Part shown: one piece after another, positions 19,905 to 29,212 of the stretch | Layout: every line of letters begins with the position of its first letter | How positions within the stretch are numbered: the first letter of the stretch is position 1 | Source of the DNA: a virus | Reading direction: 5' to 3' (one strand) | IMG/VR virus record: IMGVR_UViG_3300025684_000010 | Length of the DNA stretch: 64,000 bases | Notes under the pieces: generated by a model | Told to the model about the DNA's origin: nothing | The model's database searches: none | Seen by the model: the letters and a program-made list of their open reading frames with translations, nothing else | Program-made: the position numbers and the translations under genes

Positions 19905-20285
19905 CTAAACTGTTTTAACATAGTATATAATGTTTTCGTCAATTGTTTCATCTTTGGTCCAATCAAGAACATCTTCTCCGATTCTACCAGACTGTGCTTG
20001 GTACTTATCAACCATGTAGTCGTTAAAAGTTTGAGTATTCATTGGCCATTCGTAATATGGATCTATGATATTGTTTGCCATGTACACTAACCAAATATAA
20101 TCTACAGAGCCATAATAATCCAAGGCAATATCTTCTGCCCTCTCGCTTTCTTTAACTGTATAAGAATAATAAAGATAGGGGTTATTTGCGACTGCTCTTG
20201 CGAACGAAGGTCTTCGAGATATATCTCTAACCTTTCTACCTTGGTAATCTATAACCGGAAAATGTTCAAAGTATTTAGTTGCCAT
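19905..20285 (-). CDS. gp53: baseplate wedge gp53 N-terminal half (LysM-like)
   Basis: YFEHFP; YTVKESERAEDIALDYYGSVDYIWLVYMANNIIDPYYEWP. Confidence 0.85.
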   Translation of the reverse strand: MATKYFEHFPVIDYQGRKVRDISRRPSFARAVANNPYLYYSYTVKESERAEDIALDYYGSVDYIWLVYMANNIIDPYYEWPMNTQTFNDYMVDKYQAQSGRIGEDVLDWTKDETIDENIIYYVKTV

Positions 20286-21277
20286 TATTTTCCATCTCCG
20301 TCTTTAGGCTCTGCATAATCTTCAGCCGTTTGTATTTCGAGTTCCTTAAAGCTCATAGAAAGTTTAACACCCTGAGGTACACCACCTTCAGCAATAATAA
20401 TTTCACCACTTGCTCCATAGTCAATAGTTATATTATCGCACATGCATGGTTTAAATCTAAGGAAATGCGATTCATCAATACCTAATAGATTAATACTAAC
20501 AACCGCAGGATATGTTAAAAAGGCTCGAGCTAATGTGTTACCTGATAGAGATCCTTCGACCCCCGCCACACCATCTTTGCTGGCACCAGTTACAGATTGT
20601 ACGGTTGGTAATATGTTTCTTTTTATTGATCTTATGATTTTTTTAATAGCTTCTGCTTCTGCTTTACTTTCAGGATATAGTGTCCAATCAAACGAGAAGG
20701 CTCTTAGCTGAACTCCTTCGAAAGAAAGCGTTGATTGAGGGTTAATTGCAGTTCCTCTCGAAGCACCTAATGCTTTACCTAATCCTGATGAAAAACTATT
20801 TATAGCATTAGCACCCATGAACGACGCTATCCTAGAAGCTTGACCTGCTACCTTTTCCTGGCCTGGAGTCTTTGCTTTATCTCCAAACACTGTGTCAATT
20901 GCACCTTTCATACCAGCTTCACCCAAAGCCATCAGTTCTGAACCAATGTCACTAAAGTTGCCTTCAAACGCAGGAGCCAACGTATCAGCAATAAACGATT
21001 CTAAGAAAGATCTTTCAAAGCCATTTATATTAAGACCAGTTGCATCTGTTAATGTACTAGGCATTGGAAGTTCAACAGCCAGTAGACCAGTTTCTGTAGC
21101 ACTTGTAAAGTCACTCCTTCTACCTGTCTTATTCGCGCCTACGCCTAGTGTTAAGTCTGAATAATCATACTTCTTGAATATTAATTGAATGCCGTGCGGG
21201 AATCCACTCGCAGGAAAGAAGAGTCGTTTAGTATCCCCACGATTCCCTTCTCTTAATGTTTGGTCTGGTCTTGCCAT
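20285..21277 (-). CDS. gp48: baseplate tail-tube cap gp48-like
   Basis: ELPMP, NPQSTLSFEGVQLRAFSFDWTLYPES, YP...FKE. Confidence 0.75.
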   Translation of the reverse strand: MARPDQTLREGNRGDTKRLFFPASGFPHGIQLIFKKYDYSDLTLGVGANKTGRRSDFTSATETGLLAVELPMPSTLTDATGLNINGFERSFLESFIADTLAPAFEGNFSDIGSELMALGEAGMKGAIDTVFGDKAKTPGQEKVAGQASRIASFMGANAINSFSSGLGKALGASRGTAINPQSTLSFEGVQLRAFSFDWTLYPESKAEAEAIKKIIRSIKRNILPTVQSVTGASKDGVAGVEGSLSGNTLARAFLTYPAVVSINLLGIDESHFLRFKPCMCDNITIDYGASGEIIIAEGGVPQGVKLSMSFKELEIQTAEDYAEPKDGDGK

Positions 21278-21310
21278 TCTTTATTTCCTTTGCTGTCTCC
21301 GTCTAATTCT

Positions 21311-21345
21311 AATAAATATGTATACGGATAATGTAATTATTTATA
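21311..21345. promoter_or_regulatory. divergent late promoters (AATAAATA + at 21311-21318; TATAAATA - at 21338-21345)
   Basis: Seen in the gp48/gp4 divergent intergenic region. Confidence 0.65.
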
Positions 21346-21366
21346 ATAAAAATCGGAAAGTATATT

Positions 21367-21828
21367 ATGGCATATAAGGGTAAATTTAGACCAAAAAATC
21401 CGACCAAGTATAAGGGTGACCCTACAAAAATTATTTATAGGTCTTTGTGGGAGTTCAAGGTATTTAAATGGATGGATTCTCACCCAGATGTAATATGGTG
21501 GCAATCTGAAGAAGTGATTGTTCCATATAGATCGCCGATTGACGGAAAGATACATAGGTATTACCCGGATGTGGTTGTACATAAAAGAGACGGTACAGGG
21601 CAACCTCAAACAATTATGATTGAGATTAAACCAAGCAGTCAATGTAGACCTCCTGATATTAAAAATAAGAACGCGACAAAGACAGGTAGAATATCGAGAA
21701 GATATTTAAATGAAGTTAAGACATGGGGTGTTAACGAAGCAAAATGGAAAGCAGCAAAGAACTTTTGCGCTGACCGCGGATGGCAGTGGACAATAATGAC
21801 AGAAAAACATATACCAGGAGCACGTTAA
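21367..21828 (+). CDS. gp4: head completion nuclease gp4 (TnsA-like)
   Basis: MAYKGKFRPKNPTKYKGDPTKIIYRSLWE; YYPD; IEIKP. Confidence 0.93.
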   Translation: MAYKGKFRPKNPTKYKGDPTKIIYRSLWEFKVFKWMDSHPDVIWWQSEEVIVPYRSPIDGKIHRYYPDVVVHKRDGTGQPQTIMIEIKPSSQCRPPDIKNKNATKTGRISRRYLNEVKTWGVNEAKWKAAKNFCADRGWQWTIMTEKHIPGAR

Positions 21829-22446
21829 GTGGCAAGCTTATTCTCAGATATTCTAGTAAAAGGAATAACATCAGGACAAGTGCCTGCTAGAACAAAAGGT
21901 GCGAGGGAATGGTACCGTAAACAAGCAACGTTAGCAGTAGGTAAAAGAATTACAGAAGATGAGATTGTAGGTAATACTGATAAAGGAAGAAACAAAGCGC
22001 AGTTACGTGGTGATTCTGTTTATGGATCAATGTACTTTTTTAGGTATGATCCTAAACATAAATCTACTTTACCATACTATGACGCCTTCCCTTGCATATT
22101 TCCAATAAATAAGGTAAAGGGTGGTATACTTGGATTGAATATGCATTACTTACCACCAAAGATGAGAGCCCAATTAATGGATGCTCTTTATACAACTGTA
22201 TCAGACAAAAGCTATGATGAGAATACAACATTGAATATAAACTATAAGATTTTAAATAGTGCTGCCAATATGAAGTTCTTTGCACCTTGTGTTAAAATGT
22301 ATTTGGCAAAACACGTAAGATCTAAGTTTGTTAAAATCAATTCATCGGAATGGGACACTGCGTTATTTTTACCAGTACAAAGTTTCCAGAAAGCCGGGTC
22401 AGCGAAAGTTTGGGCAGACTCAAGAAAGCTCATAGCGGGGAATTAA
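21829..22446 (+). CDS. gp2: DNA end protector protein gp2
   Basis: MYFFRYDPKHKSTLPYYDAFP..GLNMHYLPP. Confidence 0.92.
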   Translation: MASLFSDILVKGITSGQVPARTKGAREWYRKQATLAVGKRITEDEIVGNTDKGRNKAQLRGDSVYGSMYFFRYDPKHKSTLPYYDAFPCIFPINKVKGGILGLNMHYLPPKMRAQLMDALYTTVSDKSYDENTTLNINYKILNSAANMKFFAPCVKMYLAKHVRSKFVKINSSEWDTALFLPVQSFQKAGSAKVWADSRKLIAGN

Positions 22447-22449
22447 TAA

Positions 22450-23229
22450 ATGCCATTTAACATTAGTGAATTTAAAAGTCAGTTCGATAGATATGGCGGG
22501 CCAGCTATGGCTAATCTATTTTCTGTTCAAGTAACACTACCACCTCAGCTTCGCGCAAGAATACAACCAGCAGAAAATAATGCTTTTAACATGAGTCATA
22601 CGTTTACTTTCTTTTGTCATAAGATGGATATACCTGCGATTGGTATTAATACATCTGAAGTATCATATACGGGACAAATGAAAAAGAAACATCCAACAAG
22701 AGTTCAGAATCCAGGCCCTATGAGTGCATCTTTCTTTGTTGATTCTGATCATCATGTTTTAAGGTTCTTTCACGCTTGGGCTCAAAACATTATAAATTAT
22801 AATAAAGGCGATGGTGCATTTGCCGAAGTAGATGGTAAACTTCCACATGAAGTTGGATTTAAGGAAGACTTTGCATGTGATATGATTATTAAACATTATT
22901 CAACAGATTCTTATCCTGACGTATATTACGAAACTAAACTACAAGGAGTATGGCCAGTATCTATTGGAGCATTGAGTTTAGATTGGTCAACAAAAACAGC
23001 TCTTTCATTAGATGTTCAGTTTACAGTTACTGATATGTCATTCGATGGAGCAAAGTCAGGAAAAACGAATAGCAGATTATCGAGAGCAAGCGGCTTGTTA
23101 GATATCCTTGGAGATATCGCAGGCTTCGGAGACGCGGTAAGAGGAACATTAAAAAGCGGGAAACCGACAAGCATACAGGATGCTATCAATAAATTAGATA
23201 GACTTGGTAATGCATTTGGAAAAATATAA
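22450..23229 (+). CDS. gp54: tail-tube initiator gp54 / gp19-like tube-fold protein
   Basis: N-terminal FKSQF..GG.A..N.F; WPVSIGALSLDW; tube-fold pattern. Confidence 0.65.
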   Translation: MPFNISEFKSQFDRYGGPAMANLFSVQVTLPPQLRARIQPAENNAFNMSHTFTFFCHKMDIPAIGINTSEVSYTGQMKKKHPTRVQNPGPMSASFFVDSDHHVLRFFHAWAQNIINYNKGDGAFAEVDGKLPHEVGFKEDFACDMIIKHYSTDSYPDVYYETKLQGVWPVSIGALSLDWSTKTALSLDVQFTVTDMSFDGAKSGKTNSRLSRASGLLDILGDIAGFGDAVRGTLKSGKPTSIQDAINKLDRLGNAFGKI

Positions 23230-23260
23230 GTGATACAATTTTAAATTATAGGAGTATAGT

Positions 23261-23962
23261 ATGGCACTACCAAAAATTAACTTACCAATCTCGGAATTGA
23301 TTTTACCGAGTACAGGTGAAAAAACTAAATATAGACCTTTTTCTGTAGCGGAAGAAAAGATCTTGTTAGTTGCACAAGAAGCGAATGACGCAGAACAAGA
23401 AGTATTAGCAATGAAACAAATCATTTCTAATTGCTTAATTGAAAAAGATGTTGAAGAACTTGCATTATTTGATTTTGAATATGTTTATTTAACATTAAGA
23501 GCACGTTCAGTCGATAACTTGGCTAAGTTCAAAATTAAAGATCCTGACACGGATGAAGAAATTGAATTAGAACTTGATATGAGAGAGATTGATATTGCTC
23601 GAGATGAAGCTCATACAAATGAAATTAAAGTAAACGATGAGTATACTCTGTTTCTAAAGTATCCATCTATTAATGAATTCATAAAGATTGTTGGAATGAA
23701 TAATGACGATCCTTTAGTTAACTATTTTGTAATGATTTCTTGTTTAGATACATTAGCTTCAGAAGATGAAGTACATAGTTTTAAAGATTATAGTGATGAA
23801 GATATTGAGTCCTTTATGGATAGTCTCGGTGGGGATGTTATTCGAGGAATTACTTTATTCTTTGAAACAATGCCGAAGATACGAAAAGAGTTACCATATA
23901 CGAATAGTGAAGGTAAAGAACAAACGTTTGTCGTGGAGGGCACCCGTAGTTTTTTTATCTAA
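23261..23962 (+). CDS. gp26: baseplate hub assembly chaperone gp26
   Basis: MALPKI..LPSTG..YRPFSVAEEKILL; LRARSV; FFETMPK. Confidence 0.9.
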   Translation: MALPKINLPISELILPSTGEKTKYRPFSVAEEKILLVAQEANDAEQEVLAMKQIISNCLIEKDVEELALFDFEYVYLTLRARSVDNLAKFKIKDPDTDEEIELELDMREIDIARDEAHTNEIKVNDEYTLFLKYPSINEFIKIVGMNNDDPLVNYFVMISCLDTLASEDEVHSFKDYSDEDIESFMDSLGGDVIRGITLFFETMPKIRKELPYTNSEGKEQTFVVEGTRSFFI

Positions 23963-23986
23963 GCCTTAGCCATATAACGTTAGGGC
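23950..23986 (+). promoter_or_regulatory. candidate -1 ribosomal frameshift signal (T TTT TTT + 6 nt + 8-bp hairpin)
   Basis: T7 run at 23950-23956 in X XXY YYZ register of gp26; stem GCCTTAGC/GTTAGGGC at 23963-23970/23979-23986. Confidence 0.6.
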
Positions 23987-23997
23987 ATTACTATCAA

Positions 23998-24135
23998 ATG
24001 ATTTTCTCCATGGCACAACACCACAAATGGTCTGTGTCCGAAATTGAGGCTATGATGCCTTTTGAAAGAGATCTTTATTTTAGTATGCTAGTACAATGGA
24101 TAGAAGAACAGAATGAACAACGAAAACAAGGTTAA
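23998..24135 (+). CDS. gp51: gp51-like baseplate hub assembly protein (reading frame open from 23950)
   Basis: Not in the ORF track. MIFSMAQHHKWSVSEIEAMMPFERDLYFSMLVQWIEEQNEQRKQG matches the gp51-like QHHKxSxxEIExMxPxER pattern. Confidence 0.75.
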   Translation: MIFSMAQHHKWSVSEIEAMMPFERDLYFSMLVQWIEEQNEQRKQG

Positions 24136-24140
24136 TATAA

Positions 24141-25997
24141 ATGGCTAAAACAACACCAAAGAGCAAAGAGCTAAGTCCAGAGACTCAGAGTATAGTCAAT
24201 CGTCTTATCCGTGAAGGAGAGCTTGTAAGGAACGACGGCAAGCATTCGATTAAAGAAATTAGAATTGACCTTGGAAAATTTACCGATGCTTTTGCTGCAA
24301 TTAAAATAAGCTCTGAACAAACAGCTAAAGTCTTAACGGATTCTTGGGAAGGAAACGAAGCACTACTCAAAAATATTGATGAAAGCTTAGTTGGTTTAAA
24401 TGACACAGAAAAAGATGCTGAACTGGCAAGAAGAGCTCAGGCTAAAAAGGATTCCATCGCAAATAAAGAAAAAAGTGCTGAAAGTATGTTTGGTGCCAAA
24501 GTATTAGAGAAAAACTTAATGCTAGGATTCAAAGGTTTAAAAGATGGATTCATGGCAATAAAGAAAGATCCGTTTGGTTCGTTATTAAACATTGGCAAGT
24601 GGGCAATTATAATACCAGTATTAGCCGGAGCGATTAAAGGATTGCTTGATAAGATCTTTGGTGAAGGCGAAATGGCTGCATTCTATAAAGGTTTTAGCGA
24701 GAGTGCATTTGGTAAATTTATTAAAAACAACCCGTGGACATCTATTGGTATTGGCATAGCGGCAATGGCCGCGGTTAACTGGGCCAAAATGTATCTAGCT
24801 ATGATGGCCGCAGCGACAATGTTGGGCACAAGAGGTAAAGGTGGTCTTACTGCATTAGGAGGCAAGGCTAGTACGGCTGCAGCTCCAGCTAAAAATGTTG
24901 TATCCAAGCTTGGTAAATTCGCGCTTGGTACAATAAGAGGTAATGCAATTGTTGCTGGTGTTACTACTGCGGGTTTATTAATTTATAATAATATGGACGA
25001 CGGCGAAAAAACAAACCTTGATACAGAGATGGCGAGAATTGATGCAGAATACTCAGGCAAAGAATTAGAAGCCAAAGACAAAATCTTAACTAATTTTGAA
25101 AATGAAAGATCAGGTATAGCTGATATCTTTCTAGGAACGGCTGGCGGCGCTGCTGGCGGCGCTGCTACTGGCCTCCTTTTTGGTGGAGTTGGAGCTATTC
25201 CTGGAGCAGTTATGGGTGGCTTAACAGGATTCTTTACTAGTGTTTCACAAGTTGGGATAGAATACATTGATGATTTGAACAACGACATTGATGAAATTCC
25301 AAACGAAATGGAAAGGTTGTTAAAGGAAGAACAAAGGAAGAACAAGTTATCATTGATGTACGGAAGAACTGAGAAGGCAGCAGAGTTAACTCGAAAGACA
25401 ACAGAAGGTATGCAAACTTTTGTTAATGACTTACGAGCCAATATGACTACTGATGCAATATTCGGCGATGCAAATATTGCAGCTCTCGAAGCCGCAAGTA
25501 AGAGTGAGATAACAGAGAAAGGACGAAGAAAAAATAAAACTGAATATGTTATGTTCGGCGGAGAACTAGTTAGGTTATCAGAAATTAATGAACGTCTCGA
25601 AGAAGCTAAAAAAACAAGAGTAAATAGAGAAAGACAATTAAAAGCATCTGAAAGATTACTTGAATTGAGATTAGGTGAAGTAGAATCTGTTGAAACTTCA
25701 GTTGATAGCGCGAATAATTTAAATGCTCAAATTGATGAAGTAGCGGCAAAGGCAGCTGCAGCTAAACCAAATATTCTTCCTGATGTTGAAGAAAGAGATA
25801 AAAAACAAACAGTTGCAGCTGGTGGATTTGCTTTAAACGTAACGAATAATTATATTTCTAAAGGCGGAGATACAATGGTACAGAATAAGTCTGATAATCG
25901 AGTATCTTCACAGAATAGTACTAATGCTGTTGTCTTTGGTGGTGGCGGTGGAAGATTTGGCGGTGGAACTGGTTTACCGACTGGCGCCATGGCATAA
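24141..25997 (+). CDS. tape-measure / gp29-like tail protein
   Basis: Long helical Ala/Gly/Lys-rich protein with hydrophobic segments and a glycine zipper; follows gp26/gp51. Confidence 0.65.
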   Translation: MAKTTPKSKELSPETQSIVNRLIREGELVRNDGKHSIKEIRIDLGKFTDAFAAIKISSEQTAKVLTDSWEGNEALLKNIDESLVGLNDTEKDAELARRAQAKKDSIANKEKSAESMFGAKVLEKNLMLGFKGLKDGFMAIKKDPFGSLLNIGKWAIIIPVLAGAIKGLLDKIFGEGEMAAFYKGFSESAFGKFIKNNPWTSIGIGIAAMAAVNWAKMYLAMMAAATMLGTRGKGGLTALGGKASTAAAPAKNVVSKLGKFALGTIRGNAIVAGVTTAGLLIYNNMDDGEKTNLDTEMARIDAEYSGKELEAKDKILTNFENERSGIADIFLGTAGGAAGGAATGLLFGGVGAIPGAVMGGLTGFFTSVSQVGIEYIDDLNNDIDEIPNEMERLLKEEQRKNKLSLMYGRTEKAAELTRKTTEGMQTFVNDLRANMTTDAIFGDANIAALEAASKSEITEKGRRKNKTEYVMFGGELVRLSEINERLEEAKKTRVNRERQLKASERLLELRLGEVESVETSVDSANNLNAQIDEVAAKAAAAKPNILPDVEERDKKQTVAAGGFALNVTNNYISKGGDTMVQNKSDNRVSSQNSTNAVVFGGGGGRFGGGTGLPTGAMA

Positions 25998-26019
25998 AAA
26001 AGGAACTCCGAAGAGTTCC
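25996..26019 (-). terminator. intrinsic terminator with C(UUCG)G tetraloop
   Basis: Minus strand GGAACTC-TTCG-GAGTTCC followed by TTTTTT, where the + and - gene blocks converge. Confidence 0.85.
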
Positions 26020-26063
26020 ATAAACGGCTCGGCGGCTGTTACTACCACGGAGATTGTTTTTAA

Positions 26064-26576
26064 TTATTTTCCTTTCAAATACTCAAGTACTTTTTCAGGA
26101 GCGGTTTCTCCATACGGATCTGTAGCACAATCATCTTCCTTGCCATCTTCTACAAACATCCTTTCAACAGTACCATCGTCTACGACCATAGCATATCTCC
26201 AAGATCTTTTACCAAAACCAAGATTGTCTTTTGCGACTAACATATCCATTCCTGCTGTAAATTCACAAGATCCATCCGGAATAAATTTAACATTCTTTAC
26301 TCTTAGATCTTCTGCCCAAGCATTCATAACGAACGTATCGTTACAAGCAATACAATAAACCTCGTCAACACCATTCTCAATAATTTGATCGTATAGTACG
26401 TCAAATCCTGGGACTTGATTATTTGAACAGGTTGGGGTAAATGCGCCGGGTAGAGAAAAAACAACTACTCTTTTATTTTTAAAATAGTCTTCCGTTGTAG
26501 GATGGGTCCACTCGAACTCTCCGCTATCGACATTTCTACTTCTTACTTTAAAAGTTACATTAGGTATAGTTTTCAT
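26064..26576 (-). CDS. peroxiredoxin (Prx5/AHP1-like)
   Basis: FSLPGAFTPTCS; NDTFVMNAW; RSWRYAMVV. Confidence 0.93.
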   Translation of the reverse strand: MKTIPNVTFKVRSRNVDSGEFEWTHPTTEDYFKNKRVVVFSLPGAFTPTCSNNQVPGFDVLYDQIIENGVDEVYCIACNDTFVMNAWAEDLRVKNVKFIPDGSCEFTAGMDMLVAKDNLGFGKRSWRYAMVVDDGTVERMFVEDGKEDDCATDPYGETAPEKVLEYLKGK

Positions 26577-26632
26577 TATATAGTTTCCATTTTATAGATG
26601 GGAGGCATTGCGCCTCCCAGTTTGATTATAGA

Positions 26633-27097
26633 TTAACCTTTTAAGAATTCCTTCTTAGTATTCTTAGCATTAATCTTTATTTTACGAGCCTTTTTACTTT
26701 CTGGAATTATTCGTTCCAATGCAATTGTTAAAAGACCGTTTTTGAAGTTAGCGTCAATTACTTCAATATCGTCCGCAAGAGTAAAACTCCTGGTGAACTT
26801 CTTGAAGGAAATACCACGGTGAACGTATTCGCCGCCGCCGTTAAAGTAATCTCCTGCTTCATCCCATGTGGAACGAACAGTTAAATTATCTTCTTTTACT
26901 TCGATTTCTACATCATCAATATCAAGACCTGCTAAAGCAAGATCAATAAAGAACTTTTCGCCTTTGTCGGTTCTGATATTATAAGGCGGGAAGCCTTGAG
27001 ATTGTTGTTGATGCTGTGGGAACTCCGCCAATCTGTCAAAGACTCTATCGAATCCAAGAGCAAAGGGGTGAAGTTGGTTTATATTTAATCCAGTCAT
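26633..27097 (-). CDS. hsp20: small heat-shock protein Hsp20 (IbpA-like)
   Basis: FPPYNI; LALAG; YVHRGIS.KKF.RSFTL; NGLLTI. Confidence 0.95.
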   Translation of the reverse strand: MTGLNINQLHPFALGFDRVFDRLAEFPQHQQQSQGFPPYNIRTDKGEKFFIDLALAGLDIDDVEIEVKEDNLTVRSTWDEAGDYFNGGGEYVHRGISFKKFTRSFTLADDIEVIDANFKNGLLTIALERIIPESKKARKIKINAKNTKKEFLKG

Positions 27098-27180
27098 GTT
27101 ATTCTCCTATTAAGCAAGATTAATTGTTATCTGATGGTTTATACCCATCGGTTAGTTGTAAGACCCTATCGGCATCCTAC
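27095..27180 (-). promoter_or_regulatory. ROSE-like structured 5'UTR (candidate RNA thermometer)
   Basis: TCTTGCT-TAAT-AGGAGA hairpin sequesters the SD with a bulged G; two further hairpins upstream. Confidence 0.6.
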
Positions 27181-27197
27181 AAATCTATTTATATTAT

Positions 27198-27226
27198 ATT
27201 ATACAACAATCTTAGAAAAATGTCAA
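27198..27226 (-). promoter_or_regulatory. sigma70-type promoter upstream of hsp20 (plus late TATAAATA at 27186-27193)
   Basis: TTGACA-N17-TATAAT. Confidence 0.85.
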
Positions 27227-27628
27227 CTATTTTTTTCCGATATTGTATTTGACTGTTAGTTCCCAATCGTTCTTTTCTTTAAACGAAATGATTTTAATTT
27301 GATTTAGAGAAGCGACTGGATCTGCTGACTTTGAAGGATCCACTATTTTAATAAGTTCCCATTCTTCTAATAAGTTCACAATCGTATTACGACGTGATAT
27401 ATCTTCTTCTGATAACGTATTGTGCTTTCCATCCAAAATAAACAATTCTTTAAAATGCAGAATAGCATACCTACCTTTCTTATGTAGGATATGACATGAT
27501 TGGTATAACTTCTTTTCTTTACGGCTTGAAATGCCTATACGAGTCAGAGTCTCTTTTACTTTGAGGAAAGAATCCTGCGTGGGTAATTCAACTTCGACAC
27601 CTACTCCCTTGAAAATATCTGTGTCCAT
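27227..27628 (-). CDS. regA: translational repressor RegA
   Basis: FLKVKETLTRIGISSRKEKKLYQSCHILHKKGRYAILHFKELF. Confidence 0.96.
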   Translation of the reverse strand: MDTDIFKGVGVEVELPTQDSFLKVKETLTRIGISSRKEKKLYQSCHILHKKGRYAILHFKELFILDGKHNTLSEEDISRRNTIVNLLEEWELIKIVDPSKSADPVASLNQIKIISFKEKNDWELTVKYNIGKK

Positions 27629-27684
27629 GATTTATATTCACCTGTTAATTATAGTTAGTGGCAATGGTCTACACCATATAAGAT

Positions 27685-27692
27685 TATTTATA
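27685..27692 (-). promoter_or_regulatory. late promoter TATAAATA upstream of regA
   Basis: tatttata on the + strand. Confidence 0.5.
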
Positions 27693-27703
27693 ATAATCCT
27701 GTT

Positions 27704-28099
27704 TTAGCCACCTTCATTAATTTTATCATGGATAGTTTCAAGCTGTTCTTTGTTCAATACCTTAAGATATTGTTTGGCAACAGTTCGGTTGCATTCATAT
27801 ACTTTCTGTATTGCATCTAGGTTAATATCTTTATCAGCCTTTGGCCATTTAGAGAATCTCTTACGCTTACGAAGTACCGCTTTATAATAATCAAACTGAG
27901 CTGCATCAAATAAACCATGACGCATATTCATTTCGTTTGCATGTAAGATGGTGTCCTCAAAATTAGTAAAGCCACGGTTCACTACATAAGGCGTATACAT
28001 CTTTTCAGTGTGTTCAGGTATATCGCTATTACGAATAAGATCTTCCTTAGAAAAGGACGCAGCGTTCATAAAATCAAATGGTGTTAGATCTTTCATCAA
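27704..28099 (-). CDS. gp62: clamp loader small subunit gp62
   Basis: YTPYVVNRGF..DTILHANEMN..QFDYY..RKRKRFSKW. Confidence 0.92.
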   Translation of the reverse strand: MMKDLTPFDFMNAASFSKEDLIRNSDIPEHTEKMYTPYVVNRGFTNFEDTILHANEMNMRHGLFDAAQFDYYKAVLRKRKRFSKWPKADKDINLDAIQKVYECNRTVAKQYLKVLNKEQLETIHDKINEGG

Positions 28100-28259
28100 T
28101 CAGCTCCTCGTATTCTTTTACCATAACGTTAAAATGAGAACCACATTTATCACAAAGAGTAAGTTTAGTTTTACCATCTTCGGTATTCATTTCAACCACA
28201 TAAGATTTCTTTTTTGAAGTTTTGGTACCGCAGTTAAAACATTCAAGTTTTCCAATCAT
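28074..28259 (-). CDS. small zinc-ribbon protein
   Basis: CFNC...CDKC. Confidence 0.6.
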   Translation of the reverse strand: MIGKLECFNCGTKTSKKKSYVVEMNTEDGKTKLTLCDKCGSHFNVMVKEYEELIDERSNTI

Positions 28260-29212
28260 TATGAGTACTCACATTCAATCATTACTTCTGTTAGGAAGGC
28301 AACCATATTAATTTCTTGGTCAGCAACCAAACCGGACTTGTACATATAATCAGCCAATGTAACTATAAATCCTGCTTGTGATTGTAATGTGACTTTGCTT
28401 GACATCATATCATAGATACGACGAAACATTTCATTCATATCTTGATCTGAGTTCTTGGCAACCCATTTACGCATATCGGTAAATTGTTTTGCTTTGAGTA
28501 AACGAAATAGATCATCAATAGATTCCTGGGCAAGATTAACAAAGATACCTTCATCAATTTTACCAGATGCAGCATACGATTGTAATTCAGTTAATACTCT
28601 ACGGAAATCTGGAAAATGTTTCTCAATTACTTTAGCAACAACCTTAGGATCGTATTGAACTTCTTCTTGGTCAAGTATTGCCTTAACGCGTTTAAAGAAT
28701 TCCATTGCCATCTGTGGACGGTCAGCAGTATCAATAGAGAAGTCTATTTCAGACAACCTTGAACGTAATGGACTGATAATACGATTCTTGAAATTACAAG
28801 TAAAGATAAAGCCACAATTTGAACTGTATTCTTCAATAAAGTTACGAAGAGCAGGCTGAACGTTTGCTGCGTTCAAATAATCTGCTTCGTCAAAGATAAC
28901 ATACTTACGGCCTGTTCCTGTGAGAGAAACAGCGGAAGCGAAAGTAGAGATGTCGTATCGGAGGGTATCTATATTAACATTAAGAGAACCATTCTTTACG
29001 ATATAATCGCAACCTAGTTCTTCTAACATGGCTTTCGCAATTGTAGTTTTACCTACACCTGGACCACCAGTTAATAATAGATTTGGAACACTTCCGTCTG
29101 ATACGAACTTGCGAAAGGATTCTTTTGTCTTGCTTGGTAGAATAGTATCATCAACGATTTGTGGACGGTACTTCTCAACCCATAAGACTTCGTTTGATTT
29201 TGCATCAATCAT
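28259..29212 (-). CDS. gp44: clamp loader large subunit gp44
   Basis: WVEKYRP; GGPGVGKTT; DEADYL; SRC-like LRSRL. Confidence 0.96.
   Translation of the reverse strand: MIDAKSNEVLWVEKYRPQIVDDTILPSKTKESFRKFVSDGSVPNLLLTGGPGVGKTTIAKAMLEELGCDYIVKNGSLNVNIDTLRYDISTFASAVSLTGTGRKYVIFDEADYLNAANVQPALRNFIEEYSSNCGFIFTCNFKNRIISPLRSRLSEIDFSIDTADRPQMAMEFFKRVKAILDQEEVQYDPKVVAKVIEKHFPDFRRVLTELQSYAASGKIDEGIFVNLAQESIDDLFRLLKAKQFTDMRKWVAKNSDQDMNEMFRRIYDMMSSKVTLQSQAGFIVTLADYMYKSGLVADQEINMVAFLTEVMIECEYS

Noticed and set aside
19895-19907. Stop-codon readthrough or genetic-code reassignment at the gp53 TAG
   Set aside because: The downstream half is in a different frame, other genes end normally at TAG, and no suppressor tRNA is seen
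25136-25170. 12-bp repeats and poly-Gly codon runs in tape measure and fibre genes
   Set aside because: Explained by glycine-zipper and linker amino-acid repeats
26599-26619. Hairpin between hsp20 and prx as a terminator
   Set aside because: No U-tract follows on the minus strand; more likely a stability or processing element
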